A stretch of DNA of 64,000 bases from Nitrospira japonica (lineage in GTDB: Bacteria; Nitrospirota; Thermodesulfovibrionia; Thermodesulfovibrionales; SM23-35). The position numbers and the translations under genes were made by a program. Under the pieces are notes generated by a model. That model had not been told where the DNA came from, searched no databases, and saw nothing but the letters and a program-made list of their open reading frames with translations. Position 1 is the stretch's first letter, and every line of letters begins with the position of its first letter. Below, one piece after another: positions 27,920 to 37,059 of the stretch. The stretch is from assembly GCA_020725385.1 (NCBI GenBank), contig DYFC01000032.1, forward strand, positions 51,091 through 115,090, written 5' to 3'.

Positions 27920-29078
27920 TTGTAACCCCGTTTTTGAATTTTGAATCTTGAGTTTTGAGTTTTGAATCTTGAGTTTTGAGTTTTGAATTCTTTATTATGC
28001 TCATTGCTATATCAACAACTTTCTCTGATGCATCAGGCTTGCTTACTGAAATGCAGCTTTTTCTCATATCATTCCTTAGATTCTCATTAAAAAATAATTC
28101 TTTTATTTCTCCGGCAAGTTTTTCTCCACCGAGGTCTTTATCGGCTATCAGCTTCGCTGCTCCTATTTCCTTAAGTTTTTTTGCATTTAATTCCTGATGA
28201 TTACCGGCAGCATAGGGGTAAGGAATTAATATCGCGGGTTTCCCCAAAGATGTAATCTCCGCAAGTGTTGTTGCTCCTGCCCGTGAGATTACAATATCCG
28301 ATACAACATAAGCTTCACCCATTTGATAAATAAATGGTGCTACAACTCCTTTAAACCCTGCATTTCTATACGCATCTCTGATATATTCATAATCAGAAGA
28401 GCCTGTTTGATGAATAAACTGAATACTATCTTTAATTTCTTTTAGAAAATTGAATGCATCAATAATCGCAAGATTTATACTCCTTGCGCCTGAACTTCCT
28501 CCAAAGACTAATATTGTAAAAAGATTCCTTTCAATCGGGAAAATCTTATAAGCTGATTCAATACTTCCTTTAAAAACCTGAAGTCTTACAGGATTCCCTG
28601 TAAGAAAGGTGTTGCCTTTAGGAAAATGTGAGATGCTTTCCTGGTATGTTATACATATTGCATCAACAAATTTTCCGAGTTGTTTATTTGTAAATCCGGG
28701 TGTTAAATTCTGCTCGAGTATCATTGTAGGGAATGACATAAAATATGCGATCATCAGTATTACTCCTGATGCATACCCTCCAACTCCGATCACAATATCC
28801 GGTTTTACAGATGTTAATATGTTGTATGAATCAAATACTGCATAAACCATTTTAATTAAAGATTTAACCTTTCTCTTAATTGACACTCCAACAAATCCCT
28901 CGGCTCTTAAGAACTTAATCGGGTAACCTTCTCTTGGCACAACCCTCGATTCTATCCCGTGCTCTGTGCCTACAAAAATAATTTCATTAGACTCATCCCT
29001 TCTTTTAAATTCCTCTGCAACCGCTAAACCGGGAAACAAATGTCCACCGGTTCCACCCCCGGCTATTATTATTCTCAT
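27912..29078 (-). CDS. murG: UDP-N-acetylglucosamine-N-acetylmuramyl-(pentapeptide) pyrophosphoryl-undecaprenol GlcNAc transferase MurG, with a repeat-encoded C-terminal tail
   Basis: 388 aa. IIIAGGGTGGHLFPGLAVA, RAGATTLAE, HQELNA. The tail KNSKLKTQDSKLKTQDSKFKNGVTSV is read from the heptad array. Confidence 0.93.
   Translation of the reverse strand: MRIIIAGGGTGGHLFPGLAVAEEFKRRDESNEIIFVGTEHGIESRVVPREGYPIKFLRAEGFVGVSIKRKVKSLIKMVYAVFDSYNILTSVKPDIVIGVGGYASGVILMIAYFMSFPTMILEQNLTPGFTNKQLGKFVDAICITYQESISHFPKGNTFLTGNPVRLQVFKGSIESAYKIFPIERNLFTILVFGGSSGARSINLAIIDAFNFLKEIKDSIQFIHQTGSSDYEYIRDAYRNAGFKGVVAPFIYQMGEAYVVSDIVISRAGATTLAEITSLGKPAILIPYPYAAGNHQELNAKKLKEIGAAKLIADKDLGGEKLAGEIKELFFNENLRNDMRKSCISVSKPDASEKVVDIAMSIIKNSKLKTQDSKLKTQDSKFKNGVTSV
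27934..27989. repeat. Heptanucleotide tandem array, TTGARTY x8 in perfect phase
   Basis: ttgaatt ttgaatc ttgagtt ttgagtt ttgaatc ttgagtt ttgagtt ttgaatt. Lies within the murG 3' end, 15 nt before the murC GTG. Confidence 0.9.
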
Positions 29079-30274
29079 CTTTCGAAAATTATCCTGTTGC
29101 CTTTAAAATTTTTTCTTAAATTCCTGGATTCAACCTTTCTTTTAATTATCTTTCTCTTAATAATATTCTTGTCTTCAGCTTCTTCATTTTCATCGTTCTT
29201 TGAAAGTCTTAAAAGCATCCCGATTGTAGCCATATTAACAAGCAAAGAAGACCCGCCATAACTTATAAAAGGAAGCGGAAGTCCTTTTGTAGGAATCATC
29301 CCGGTAACAACAGCAAAATTTATAAGAGCCTGTAAAGCAATCATTAATGAAAGCCCTGTGACAAGATAACTTGTAAACAAATCTTTTCTTGAAGCAGCAA
29401 TCTTTATTCCCCTGTAAAATAGAAATGTAAAAAGGACAATGACAAAAATTGCTCCTATAAGTCCGAATTCTTCCCCGATAATTGAAAATATAAAGTCTGT
29501 ATGTGATTCCGGCAGATAGGATAATTTTTGTTTTGAACTGCCAAGCCCTACACCTGTTAGCCCCCCGCTTCCCAGTGCGATAAAAGATTGAATAAGTTGA
29601 AAACCGGTTTTTTGAGGGTCTTCCCATGGATTAAGAAAAGAAGTAATTCTCCTGAACCTATAAGGTTCCATCGCAAGTTTTATTATTACGGGGATAGCTG
29701 CAAGAAGAAGAATCCCGATATATCTTATCTTTGTTCCTGAAAGAAAAAGCATAGCAATCGTAATGAATGTCAGACTCATTACAGCACCAAAATCAGGCTG
29801 TAAGATTATGATTAACTGAAAGATAACCATAACTCCTATTGGTTTTATGAAAGAAATGAAACTATCTGTTCTGTAATCAGGCATTGAAATATATTTTGCA
29901 AGAAATATGACCATTGCCATTTTTACGAGTTCAGATGGTTGAAATGTCGATGGCCAGAGTCTAATCCATCTTCTCGCACCGCCTGCAGATATACCAATCC
30001 CGGGTATAAAGACAAGTAAAAGAAGGATTAGAGAAATTATAAGTAAAGGTATCGCAAGCTTTTCAATAAAAGAAGGCTTCAGTCTATAAGCAATTGCCAT
30101 AATAATAAAACCCGCGACTATTGTGAAGAGATGTCTTTTAAAAAAGAAGAATTCGGTTGCTCCCTTTTTTATCAATACAGGAGTCAGAACAGATGTAGTA
30201 CTGTAAATCATCAGGGCTCCGAACCCTGTGAGTATCAAAGTAATAATCAGTAGATATTTATCCTGTCTTTCCAT
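29075..30274 (-). CDS. ftsW: Peptidoglycan glycosyltransferase FtsW (SEDS family)
   Basis: 399 aa. Multi-TM, QPSELVK, PESHTDFIFS, PFISYGGSS. Lys/Arg-rich C-terminal tail. Confidence 0.93.
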   Translation of the reverse strand: MERQDKYLLIITLILTGFGALMIYSTTSVLTPVLIKKGATEFFFFKRHLFTIVAGFIIMAIAYRLKPSFIEKLAIPLLIISLILLLLVFIPGIGISAGGARRWIRLWPSTFQPSELVKMAMVIFLAKYISMPDYRTDSFISFIKPIGVMVIFQLIIILQPDFGAVMSLTFITIAMLFLSGTKIRYIGILLLAAIPVIIKLAMEPYRFRRITSFLNPWEDPQKTGFQLIQSFIALGSGGLTGVGLGSSKQKLSYLPESHTDFIFSIIGEEFGLIGAIFVIVLFTFLFYRGIKIAASRKDLFTSYLVTGLSLMIALQALINFAVVTGMIPTKGLPLPFISYGGSSLLVNMATIGMLLRLSKNDENEEAEDKNIIKRKIIKRKVESRNLRKNFKGNRIIFER

Positions 30275-31761
30275 TATTTAAGCTTCCTGACTATATCTTT
30301 GAATTGTCTTCCTCTGTCTTCAAAATCTCTGAACATATCAAAACTTGCACATGCAGGTGATAGAAGAACAACATCTCCTTTTTCAGCTTCTCTTTGGGCA
30401 ATTTCAACCGCATCTTTAAGACTTGCAGCCATATGAGTTTTAACAAAATCACCGAGCGCTTTTTTAATTTTCCCGGACGCTTCGCCAATAAGTATCAGGG
30501 ATTTTACTTTATCTTTTACCAAATCTTTCAAAGCACTGAAATCTCCTGCCTTATCTCTTCCACCTGCTATTAAAATCACAGGAGATTTGAATCCCTCAAG
30601 TGACTTCATTACTGCGGCAACATTTGTGCCTTTCGAATCATTGATGTAACTCACACCATTTAACTCTCTGACAAATTCAAGCCGGTGTTCTAATCCCCCA
30701 AACTCTTTAAGTGAATCTATTACTGCATTTACAGGACAACCTGCAAGGAGAGCCATGGCAGAAGCAGCCATGGCATTCTCCAGGTTATGTACTCCTTTAA
30801 TTCTTATCTCACCGGTATTAATTAAACTAAATGGAATTTTTTCTCCAAATATATCCGGAATATTACAATAAATATATCCATCTTTGAGATATAGACCTTT
30901 AACCTCATTTTTCCTGCTGAAAAAATAGACTTGTGGTTTTATTGATTCCAATTTTGAATAATATAGTTTTTTTGTTTCATCATCGTCATAATTAAGAACA
31001 AGATAATCTTCTTCTGTCTGATTCATAAATATTCTTGATTTTGCGTCTATGTATTCTTTCATTGAATGGTATCTATCGAGATGGTCCGGAGTTATATTTA
31101 ATAAAGAAGCAACAACTGGTTTAAACTTATCAATTGCCTCAAGCTGAAAACTCGAGACTTCAACTACAACAAAATCAACAGTCTTTTTATTATCCTTAAT
31201 GCTTGCAAGTCTTAGTATTTCTTCTGTTAAAGCATTGCCAATATTGCCTCCTAAAATGCTTTTAAATCCTCCTTTATTAATCATAAAATCGAGCAAAGTT
31301 GTTGTAGTTGATTTTCCGTTTGTGCCTGTAACAGCAAGAAACCCTTTATTGCAATTAATTAGTTGTTCTTCTTCATTGACAGACATTATTATTCTGTAAG
31401 CTAGTTCAAGCTCACCTATTATAGGAATTCCTCTTGCCCTCGCAAGAGATAGCGGGCTTATATCAAGAGGAACACCCGGGCTGACAACCACAAGATCAGA
31501 GTCTTTAAATAGATAGTCCGGATGAGAACCTAATATAAGCTTTACTTCTTTATTGATATTCTGAATATAAGATTCTAATTTGTCTTCTTGTTTTATATCA
31601 GTTACAGTTACATCAGCGCCCATTAAAGAAAGCAGATTGGCTGCGCCAACTCCGCTTCTTGCGAGTCCTACTATTGTTACTCTTTTCCCTTTAACTTCTT
31701 TCAACTCCTGTCCTTTTTGCAAATTTATAAGATTTCTTTTTATTTGTTTTTGATTTTGCAA
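30274..31761 (-). CDS. murD: UDP-N-acetylmuramoylalanine--D-glutamate ligase
   Basis: 495 aa as tracked, from a TTG start. VTIVGLARSG, GTNGKSTTT. The true start is probably downstream of 31761, because the first ~24 codons overlap the upstream gene. Confidence 0.9.
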   Translation of the reverse strand: MQNQKQIKRNLINLQKGQELKEVKGKRVTIVGLARSGVGAANLLSLMGADVTVTDIKQEDKLESYIQNINKEVKLILGSHPDYLFKDSDLVVVSPGVPLDISPLSLARARGIPIIGELELAYRIIMSVNEEEQLINCNKGFLAVTGTNGKSTTTTLLDFMINKGGFKSILGGNIGNALTEEILRLASIKDNKKTVDFVVVEVSSFQLEAIDKFKPVVASLLNITPDHLDRYHSMKEYIDAKSRIFMNQTEEDYLVLNYDDDETKKLYYSKLESIKPQVYFFSRKNEVKGLYLKDGYIYCNIPDIFGEKIPFSLINTGEIRIKGVHNLENAMAASAMALLAGCPVNAVIDSLKEFGGLEHRLEFVRELNGVSYINDSKGTNVAAVMKSLEGFKSPVILIAGGRDKAGDFSALKDLVKDKVKSLILIGEASGKIKKALGDFVKTHMAASLKDAVEIAQREAEKGDVVLLSPACASFDMFRDFEDRGRQFKDIVRKLK

Positions 31762-32800
31762 TGTTATATTTTTTGACTTTTTTCTTTGTATATATCTTTT
31801 CTTCCGGGGATTTGCTTTTTGATTTTTTAGCGAGTAAATATTTTTTGCTGGATTTTTTTATTTTATGAATTCTTTTTGATGGCGTAACGATACTATAATC
31901 ATCATCAATCTCTGTATTCGTTACATAAAATACAGGATTTTCTCTATTATTCAAGACATCAAATCCTTTTGTTATAAGTAATTCTGTCTCGCGCCAGAGT
32001 TCTTCCCTGCTTGGACTGCCAAGAACAGCAACAACTACGGTGTCGTTTTTTCTTTCAGCAGCACATACAAAACAATGTCTTGCTTTGTTTGTATATCCTG
32101 TCTTTCCTCCGACAAGATCATCTTCAGACCATAAAAGTCTATTTGTATTTCTTATTAATTTTGAGTTGCCATTGGTTGAAGAAACTTGAGTTATTCTTGT
32201 GCCTATAATTTCGCGAATCTTCGGGTATTTAAGAGCATAGCTCATAATTCTTGAAAGATCATTTGCGGTTATATGCTGGCCGCTACCGGGAAGTCCTGTT
32301 GCATTTATGAAAAATGTGTTTGAGGCTCCAATTGAAAGAGCTTTCATATTCATAAGTTCTACGAATTTTTCTTCTGAACCGGCAACAGCTTCTGCCAGAG
32401 CTACTGCCGCATCATTTGCAGAACCTATTAAAGCTGCATTTAATAGCTCTTCGACAGTGATTCTGTCACCTGCCTTAAACCCTGCCTTATGTGGTTGAAC
32501 ACGGGCAGCATTTTTGCTTATTGTAACAATGTCATTCAGATTAGCTCTTTCGAGTGTAACTATTGCTGTCATGAGTTTTGTAGTACTTGCCGGAGGACAT
32601 CTAAGGTCAGGATTTTTGGCATATAATAGCCTGCCTGTTGACGCATCCATTACAACGACTGCCCTTGAAAGTATATCCTGGGAGTAAGAGAATACAGGTA
32701 AAAGAAAAATGGATAGGAAGACAATTATTAAAGATAACGTATTATTTTTTAACAAATATCCTGCTGTTTTTCTACCCTGAATCCACGTATTTTTAAGCAT
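31691..32800 (-). CDS. D-alanyl-D-alanine carboxypeptidase (S11 peptidase, PBP5/DacA-like) with a Lys-rich C-terminal tail
   Basis: SxxK = ASTTKLMT, SxN = SANDAA, KTG = KTGYT, plus a signal/TM segment. GAGGTG SD lies 6 nt before ATG 32800; the track GTG at 32809 is less likely. Confidence 0.85.
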   Translation of the reverse strand: MLKNTWIQGRKTAGYLLKNNTLSLIIVFLSIFLLPVFSYSQDILSRAVVVMDASTGRLLYAKNPDLRCPPASTTKLMTAIVTLERANLNDIVTISKNAARVQPHKAGFKAGDRITVEELLNAALIGSANDAAVALAEAVAGSEEKFVELMNMKALSIGASNTFFINATGLPGSGQHITANDLSRIMSYALKYPKIREIIGTRITQVSSTNGNSKLIRNTNRLLWSEDDLVGGKTGYTNKARHCFVCAAERKNDTVVVAVLGSPSREELWRETELLITKGFDVLNNRENPVFYVTNTEIDDDYSIVTPSKRIHKIKKSSKKYLLAKKSKSKSPEEKIYTKKKVKKYNIAKSKTNKKKSYKFAKRTGVERS

Positions 32801-32805
32801 AATTG

Positions 32806-33888
32806 TCACCTCACTTTTAAAGTTGCCAGACTCAATAAAGCAAGAACTATTCCAATAATCCAGAATCTTACAATAACTTTGGGCTCAGGCCATCCTTTTA
32901 GTTCGAAATGATGATGTATTGGAGCCATCTTAAAAACTCTTTTCCCTGTTAATTTAAAAGAAGAAACCTGAATTATTACCGATAATGTCTCAATTACAAA
33001 TATCCCGCCAACTACAGCAAGAACAATTTCATGTTTTGTTATTACAGCTAATGTTCCAAGAGCGCCTCCAAGACTAAGTGAACCTACATCACCCATAAAA
33101 ACATCTGCAGGATAGGAATTAAACCATAGAAATCCTAATGCTGCTCCAAACATGGCTCCACAAAATACAGTAAGTTCTCCTGTGCCCGGAAGATAAAGAA
33201 CCTGCAGATATTGAGCCAATCCTTTATGTCCTGAAAGATAAACAAGAACTCCGTTTGCAAGTGCTGCGACAGCTACAAGTCCTATTGCGAGGCCATCAAT
33301 TCCATCTGTGAGATTTACAGCATTTGAAGAACCAACTATGACAATTATCGAAAAAGGTATATAAATCCAGCCAAGCTCAAAAAGCCATTTCTTGAAAAAA
33401 GGTACACTAAGAACGTCTGAATAAGGATCCTTTGGGTTTAAATAAAGGAAAACTCCTATTATGACTGCAAGTCCGATCTGAAGTCCGAATTTTTGATATG
33501 CTCTTAACCCTCTATGGTTATGGCGATGTACTTTGAGATAATCATCAAGAAATCCGATAAAACCAAAACCTAAGAGAGAGACAATCATTATCCATATATA
33601 AATATTTTTAAGATCACCCCACATTAACATTGAAACCATAATACATGTAATAATTAAAATTCCACCCATTGTCGGAGTGCCTGCTTTCCCGAGATGCGCT
33701 TTCGGGCCATCATCTCTTATTTGCTGGGTAAGACTAAGGTTCCTTAATTTATTAATCATCCATGGCCCTAATAGCAAAGAAAGAAAAAGAGCTGTCAAAA
33801 TAGCCAGAGATGTTCTAAAAGTAATATATCTGAATACATTTAAAGGGGAAAACCAGTCATGAAGGCTGTATATTAAACTGTACAGCAT
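32806..33888 (-). CDS. mraY: Phospho-N-acetylmuramoyl-pentapeptide transferase
   Basis: 360 aa. GTPTMGG, NAVNLTDGIDGLA, MGDVGSL, APIHHHFE. Confidence 0.96.
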   Translation of the reverse strand: MLYSLIYSLHDWFSPLNVFRYITFRTSLAILTALFLSLLLGPWMINKLRNLSLTQQIRDDGPKAHLGKAGTPTMGGILIITCIMVSMLMWGDLKNIYIWIMIVSLLGFGFIGFLDDYLKVHRHNHRGLRAYQKFGLQIGLAVIIGVFLYLNPKDPYSDVLSVPFFKKWLFELGWIYIPFSIIVIVGSSNAVNLTDGIDGLAIGLVAVAALANGVLVYLSGHKGLAQYLQVLYLPGTGELTVFCGAMFGAALGFLWFNSYPADVFMGDVGSLSLGGALGTLAVITKHEIVLAVVGGIFVIETLSVIIQVSSFKLTGKRVFKMAPIHHHFELKGWPEPKVIVRFWIIGIVLALLSLATLKVR

Positions 33889-35225
33889 ATTTCCTCCATA
33901 ACTTTTTCCATTCCCATTCCCCTTGAACCTTTAATAAGTACAGAATCGCCTTCTCTTAATATTTTGCTTAGAATCTTTCCAGCTTCAGAAGCATTGTCTG
34001 ATGTGTAAACAATTCCTTTGAATTCATCTGAAGCTATTTTCATTAAATTTCCTACTGCTATAAAAACATCTATGTTAAGTTTTGATAGAACTCTTCCAAT
34101 ATTTCTGTGTGCTTCTTCAGCATATGAGCCAAGTTCGAGCATATCTCCTAAGACTGCTATTGCTCTTGTCTTTTTAATTCTCGAAAGTTCTTCCAGAGCG
34201 CCTTGAACCGAACCTGGATTGGCATTATACATATCCTTAATAAAAGTAATTCCATCAATATAAGTATATTCCAGCCTCATTGGAACACCTTTAAAAGTAT
34301 GTACAGCTTCCCGAATATCTTTTAAAGGAATTCCTATCTTGTAAGCAATAGAAGAAGCAGCAAGTATGTTATAAACATTAAACATCCCTGATATTGAAGA
34401 TTCTATCCTTGTACTTTCTTTTCCTTTAATATGCATCTCAAAACCCAGACCTTTTTCATGGAGTCTAACATCTTTTGCATAAACATCAGCAATTTCCTTT
34501 GCAGAATAATAGATAATCTCTCCATTGAAATTTGAATTTCTTATCCCTTCAACCATAAATTTATCATCAAAATTAACCACAATAGTCTTTACAAATTCAA
34601 GCATCTCAAGTTTTGTTGAACGTATTGTTTCAATATCCCCGAATCCTGAGATATGAGCATATCCAATATTTGTTAATACTCCATAATCAGGCAACGCTAT
34701 TTCGCAAAGCTGCTTTATTTCACCCTTGCCGCTTGCACCCATTTCAAGAACAATAGCTTCATCTTTCCGTGTTAAATTTGACAGACTTAGAGGAAGCCCG
34801 ATGTGATTATTAAGGTTACCTTCATTTTTTAAAACTCTACGACTTCTACCAAGAATGGCTGCTGTCAGTTCTTTTGTTGTTGTTTTGCCATTTGTTCCCG
34901 TAATTGCAATAACAGGAATATCTCTTTTTAAACGCAAGAAACGGGCTAAGTCCTGCAAAGCTTTCAAAGTGTCTTTTACAAATATAATGGTTTTATCTGT
35001 AATCTGCCTTGATGGCTTTATACTTACGAATGCACCAATCCCGATTTTTATTGCTTCGAGCAAAAACTCATGACCATCACTTTTAGTTCCTTTTAAAGGC
35101 ACAAATAATTCTCCATGTTTGATCTTTCTGGAATCAATACAAACTCCTGTAAAAACATCTGCACCTTTAAAGAGAATTTCTCCTCCTGTAGCTTTCAAAA
35201 TGTCTTCTAATGTTATGAATCCCAT
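33873..35225 (-). CDS. murF: UDP-N-acetylmuramoyl-tripeptide--D-alanyl-D-alanine ligase
   Basis: 450 aa. ITGTNGKTTTKE, DMYNANP. Confidence 0.94.
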   Translation of the reverse strand: MGFITLEDILKATGGEILFKGADVFTGVCIDSRKIKHGELFVPLKGTKSDGHEFLLEAIKIGIGAFVSIKPSRQITDKTIIFVKDTLKALQDLARFLRLKRDIPVIAITGTNGKTTTKELTAAILGRSRRVLKNEGNLNNHIGLPLSLSNLTRKDEAIVLEMGASGKGEIKQLCEIALPDYGVLTNIGYAHISGFGDIETIRSTKLEMLEFVKTIVVNFDDKFMVEGIRNSNFNGEIIYYSAKEIADVYAKDVRLHEKGLGFEMHIKGKESTRIESSISGMFNVYNILAASSIAYKIGIPLKDIREAVHTFKGVPMRLEYTYIDGITFIKDMYNANPGSVQGALEELSRIKKTRAIAVLGDMLELGSYAEEAHRNIGRVLSKLNIDVFIAVGNLMKIASDEFKGIVYTSDNASEAGKILSKILREGDSVLIKGSRGMGMEKVMEEICCTV

Positions 35226-35256
35226 AATTTAAATATGTTTATCCTTTAAATTTTTA

Positions 35257-35440
35257 GGTTCTTCTCTAATTTAGTTGCTCCAAAACTCTCTTTTGTCACT
35301 CTTTCTAAAACCTTCTGTGTCATTCCCGCGCAAGCGGGAATCCAGTTTATTTATAATTTTTCATATTTTTCTGGATTCCCCGATCAAGTCGGGGAATGAC
35401 AGTTTGTCTACTTATTCAGCAACTTTTTTGGAGAAGAACA
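35257..35440. mobile_element. MITE-like palindromic element: two inverted copies of the hairpin unit associated with GIY-YIG genes
   Basis: Ends are GGTTCTTCTC ... GAGAAGAACA. Inner arms are gtcattcccgcgcaagcgggaatccag (35319-35345) and ctggattccccgatcaagtcggggaatgac (35371-35400), separated by 25 AT-rich nt. 35401-35439 is the reverse complement of 57722-57760. Confidence 0.65.
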
Positions 35441-35481
35441 AATTTTTTATAATTATTCATCCCATTAAAGTGAATACGAAC

Positions 35482-37059
35482 TTATTCTGTACTTTTATTA
35501 AGTCTTTTTTCTATTGCCTGTCTTGCAATTTCTTTATCGCTAAAATGTTTTTTTACACCTTCTATTTCCTGATAATCTTCATGTCCCTTCCCTGCTATCA
35601 ATATAATGTCCCCTGTTTTTGCCATATTTATGGCATGTTTAATAGCCTTTTCACGATCAGGCTCAACAATATAATTTTTATTTACAGTACCTTTTTCAAT
35701 ATCATCAATAATTTGCAAAGGGTCTTCTGTTCTTGGATTATCCGATGTAATAACCACAAAATCACTAAGGGATGTTGCTGCTCTACCCATTGCAGGTCTT
35801 TTACCTCTGTCCCTGTCACCACCGCATCCAAATACTGTAATTATTGAACCTTTCTTTGTAATAAGCCGACCTTCAGGAGCATTGAAATTAAGAAGTTCTC
35901 TTGCAGTGATTATAAGTCTTTCAAGAGCATCTTCGGTGTGGGCATAGTCAATAATACATAGAAAGTCCTGGCCAATGTCAACTTTTTCAAATCTTCCGGG
36001 AACAGTTTTAGTATTTTTAATTCCTTCTGCAATTATATTTAAAGGAACATTCATTGATTTTGCTGCTCCGGCAGCAGCCATAATATTATAAACATTGAAC
36101 ATACCGATTAAAGATGTATCTATCTGTATAGTCTCATTGTTGATTTGAAGCAAGAAATTCATTCCATTATATGAGAAATTAATTTTTGATGCTGTTATAT
36201 CGGACCCCGGTTGAAGTCCAAAAGTAAGAATATTCAAGGTAGAGGTAAGCCATCTAACAGGAAGTAATTCAGAATAAAGTTGTTTTCCAAAAATATCATC
36301 AATATTTATTATTGCAGTACCATCGGAAGAAAGCAATTCGACAAATAATCTTCTTTTTGCATAGAAATAATTTTCCATTGTTTTATGAAAATCGAGATGA
36401 TCCCTTGTTAAATTTGTAAATACAGCGACTTTAAACTTTGCTCCATCAACCCTATATTGTGCAAGTGCGTGTGATGAAACTTCCGAGATAACATCTGTAC
36501 AACCCGCATCAAACATATCTTTCAAAAGATGCTGGAATTCAGGCGATTCAGGTGTCGTATGTATTGCCGGTATTATATTATCACCAATCATATATTGTAT
36601 TGTACCTATAAGGCCAACCTTACGTTGCCATGCTTCGAGAATTGATTTTAATATATATGTGATGGTTGTCTTTCCATTAGTCCCTGTTATTCCTATTAGA
36701 TTTAGTTTTTCCGATGGTCTTCCATAAAAATTATTTGACATGCAGGCAAGTTCTTTCCTGGTGTTTTCAACATGAATAAATACAATAGAATCGGGCTTGT
36801 TACCCGAGGCAGTAAATAAATTTATCTGTTCTTTATCAAGTTGTTTTTCATGTACAATCGCAACAGCGCCTTTTTGTATAGCATCTTGAATAAAATTATG
36901 TCCATCAAATTTTTCTCCATGAATCGCTACAAAAATCCAGTCTTTTTTAACCTGCCGTGAATTATAAGTAATACCTGAAATATTAATTACATTCAGGACA
37001 TTATTTGTATTAATACTATTAGAAATTTTACAGTTTTCTATTATTTCCCTTAAAATCAT
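35482..37059 (-). CDS. murE: UDP-N-acetylmuramoyl-L-alanyl-D-glutamate--2,6-diaminopimelate ligase
   Basis: 525 aa. GITGTNGKTT, and the DNPR motif (ITSDNPRTEDP) indicating meso-DAP specificity. Confidence 0.94.
   Translation of the reverse strand: MILREIIENCKISNSINTNNVLNVINISGITYNSRQVKKDWIFVAIHGEKFDGHNFIQDAIQKGAVAIVHEKQLDKEQINLFTASGNKPDSIVFIHVENTRKELACMSNNFYGRPSEKLNLIGITGTNGKTTITYILKSILEAWQRKVGLIGTIQYMIGDNIIPAIHTTPESPEFQHLLKDMFDAGCTDVISEVSSHALAQYRVDGAKFKVAVFTNLTRDHLDFHKTMENYFYAKRRLFVELLSSDGTAIINIDDIFGKQLYSELLPVRWLTSTLNILTFGLQPGSDITASKINFSYNGMNFLLQINNETIQIDTSLIGMFNVYNIMAAAGAAKSMNVPLNIIAEGIKNTKTVPGRFEKVDIGQDFLCIIDYAHTEDALERLIITARELLNFNAPEGRLITKKGSIITVFGCGGDRDRGKRPAMGRAATSLSDFVVITSDNPRTEDPLQIIDDIEKGTVNKNYIVEPDREKAIKHAINMAKTGDIILIAGKGHEDYQEIEGVKKHFSDKEIARQAIEKRLNKSTE

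Noticed and set aside
27934-27989. Possible CRISPR array, given the regular short repeats and the cas genes in the same window. The same question applies to the arrays at 3454-4236, 9033-9137, 40830-40899 and 58555-58617.
   Set aside because: The units are 7 nt and contiguous, with no spacers. CRISPR repeats are about 24-48 nt and separated by unique spacers of similar length.
35275-35847. 190-aa plus-strand ORF in the track.
   Set aside because: It starts inside the palindromic repeat element and then runs antisense to the well-supported murE 3' end. It is low-complexity Phe/Ile-rich and has no SD.
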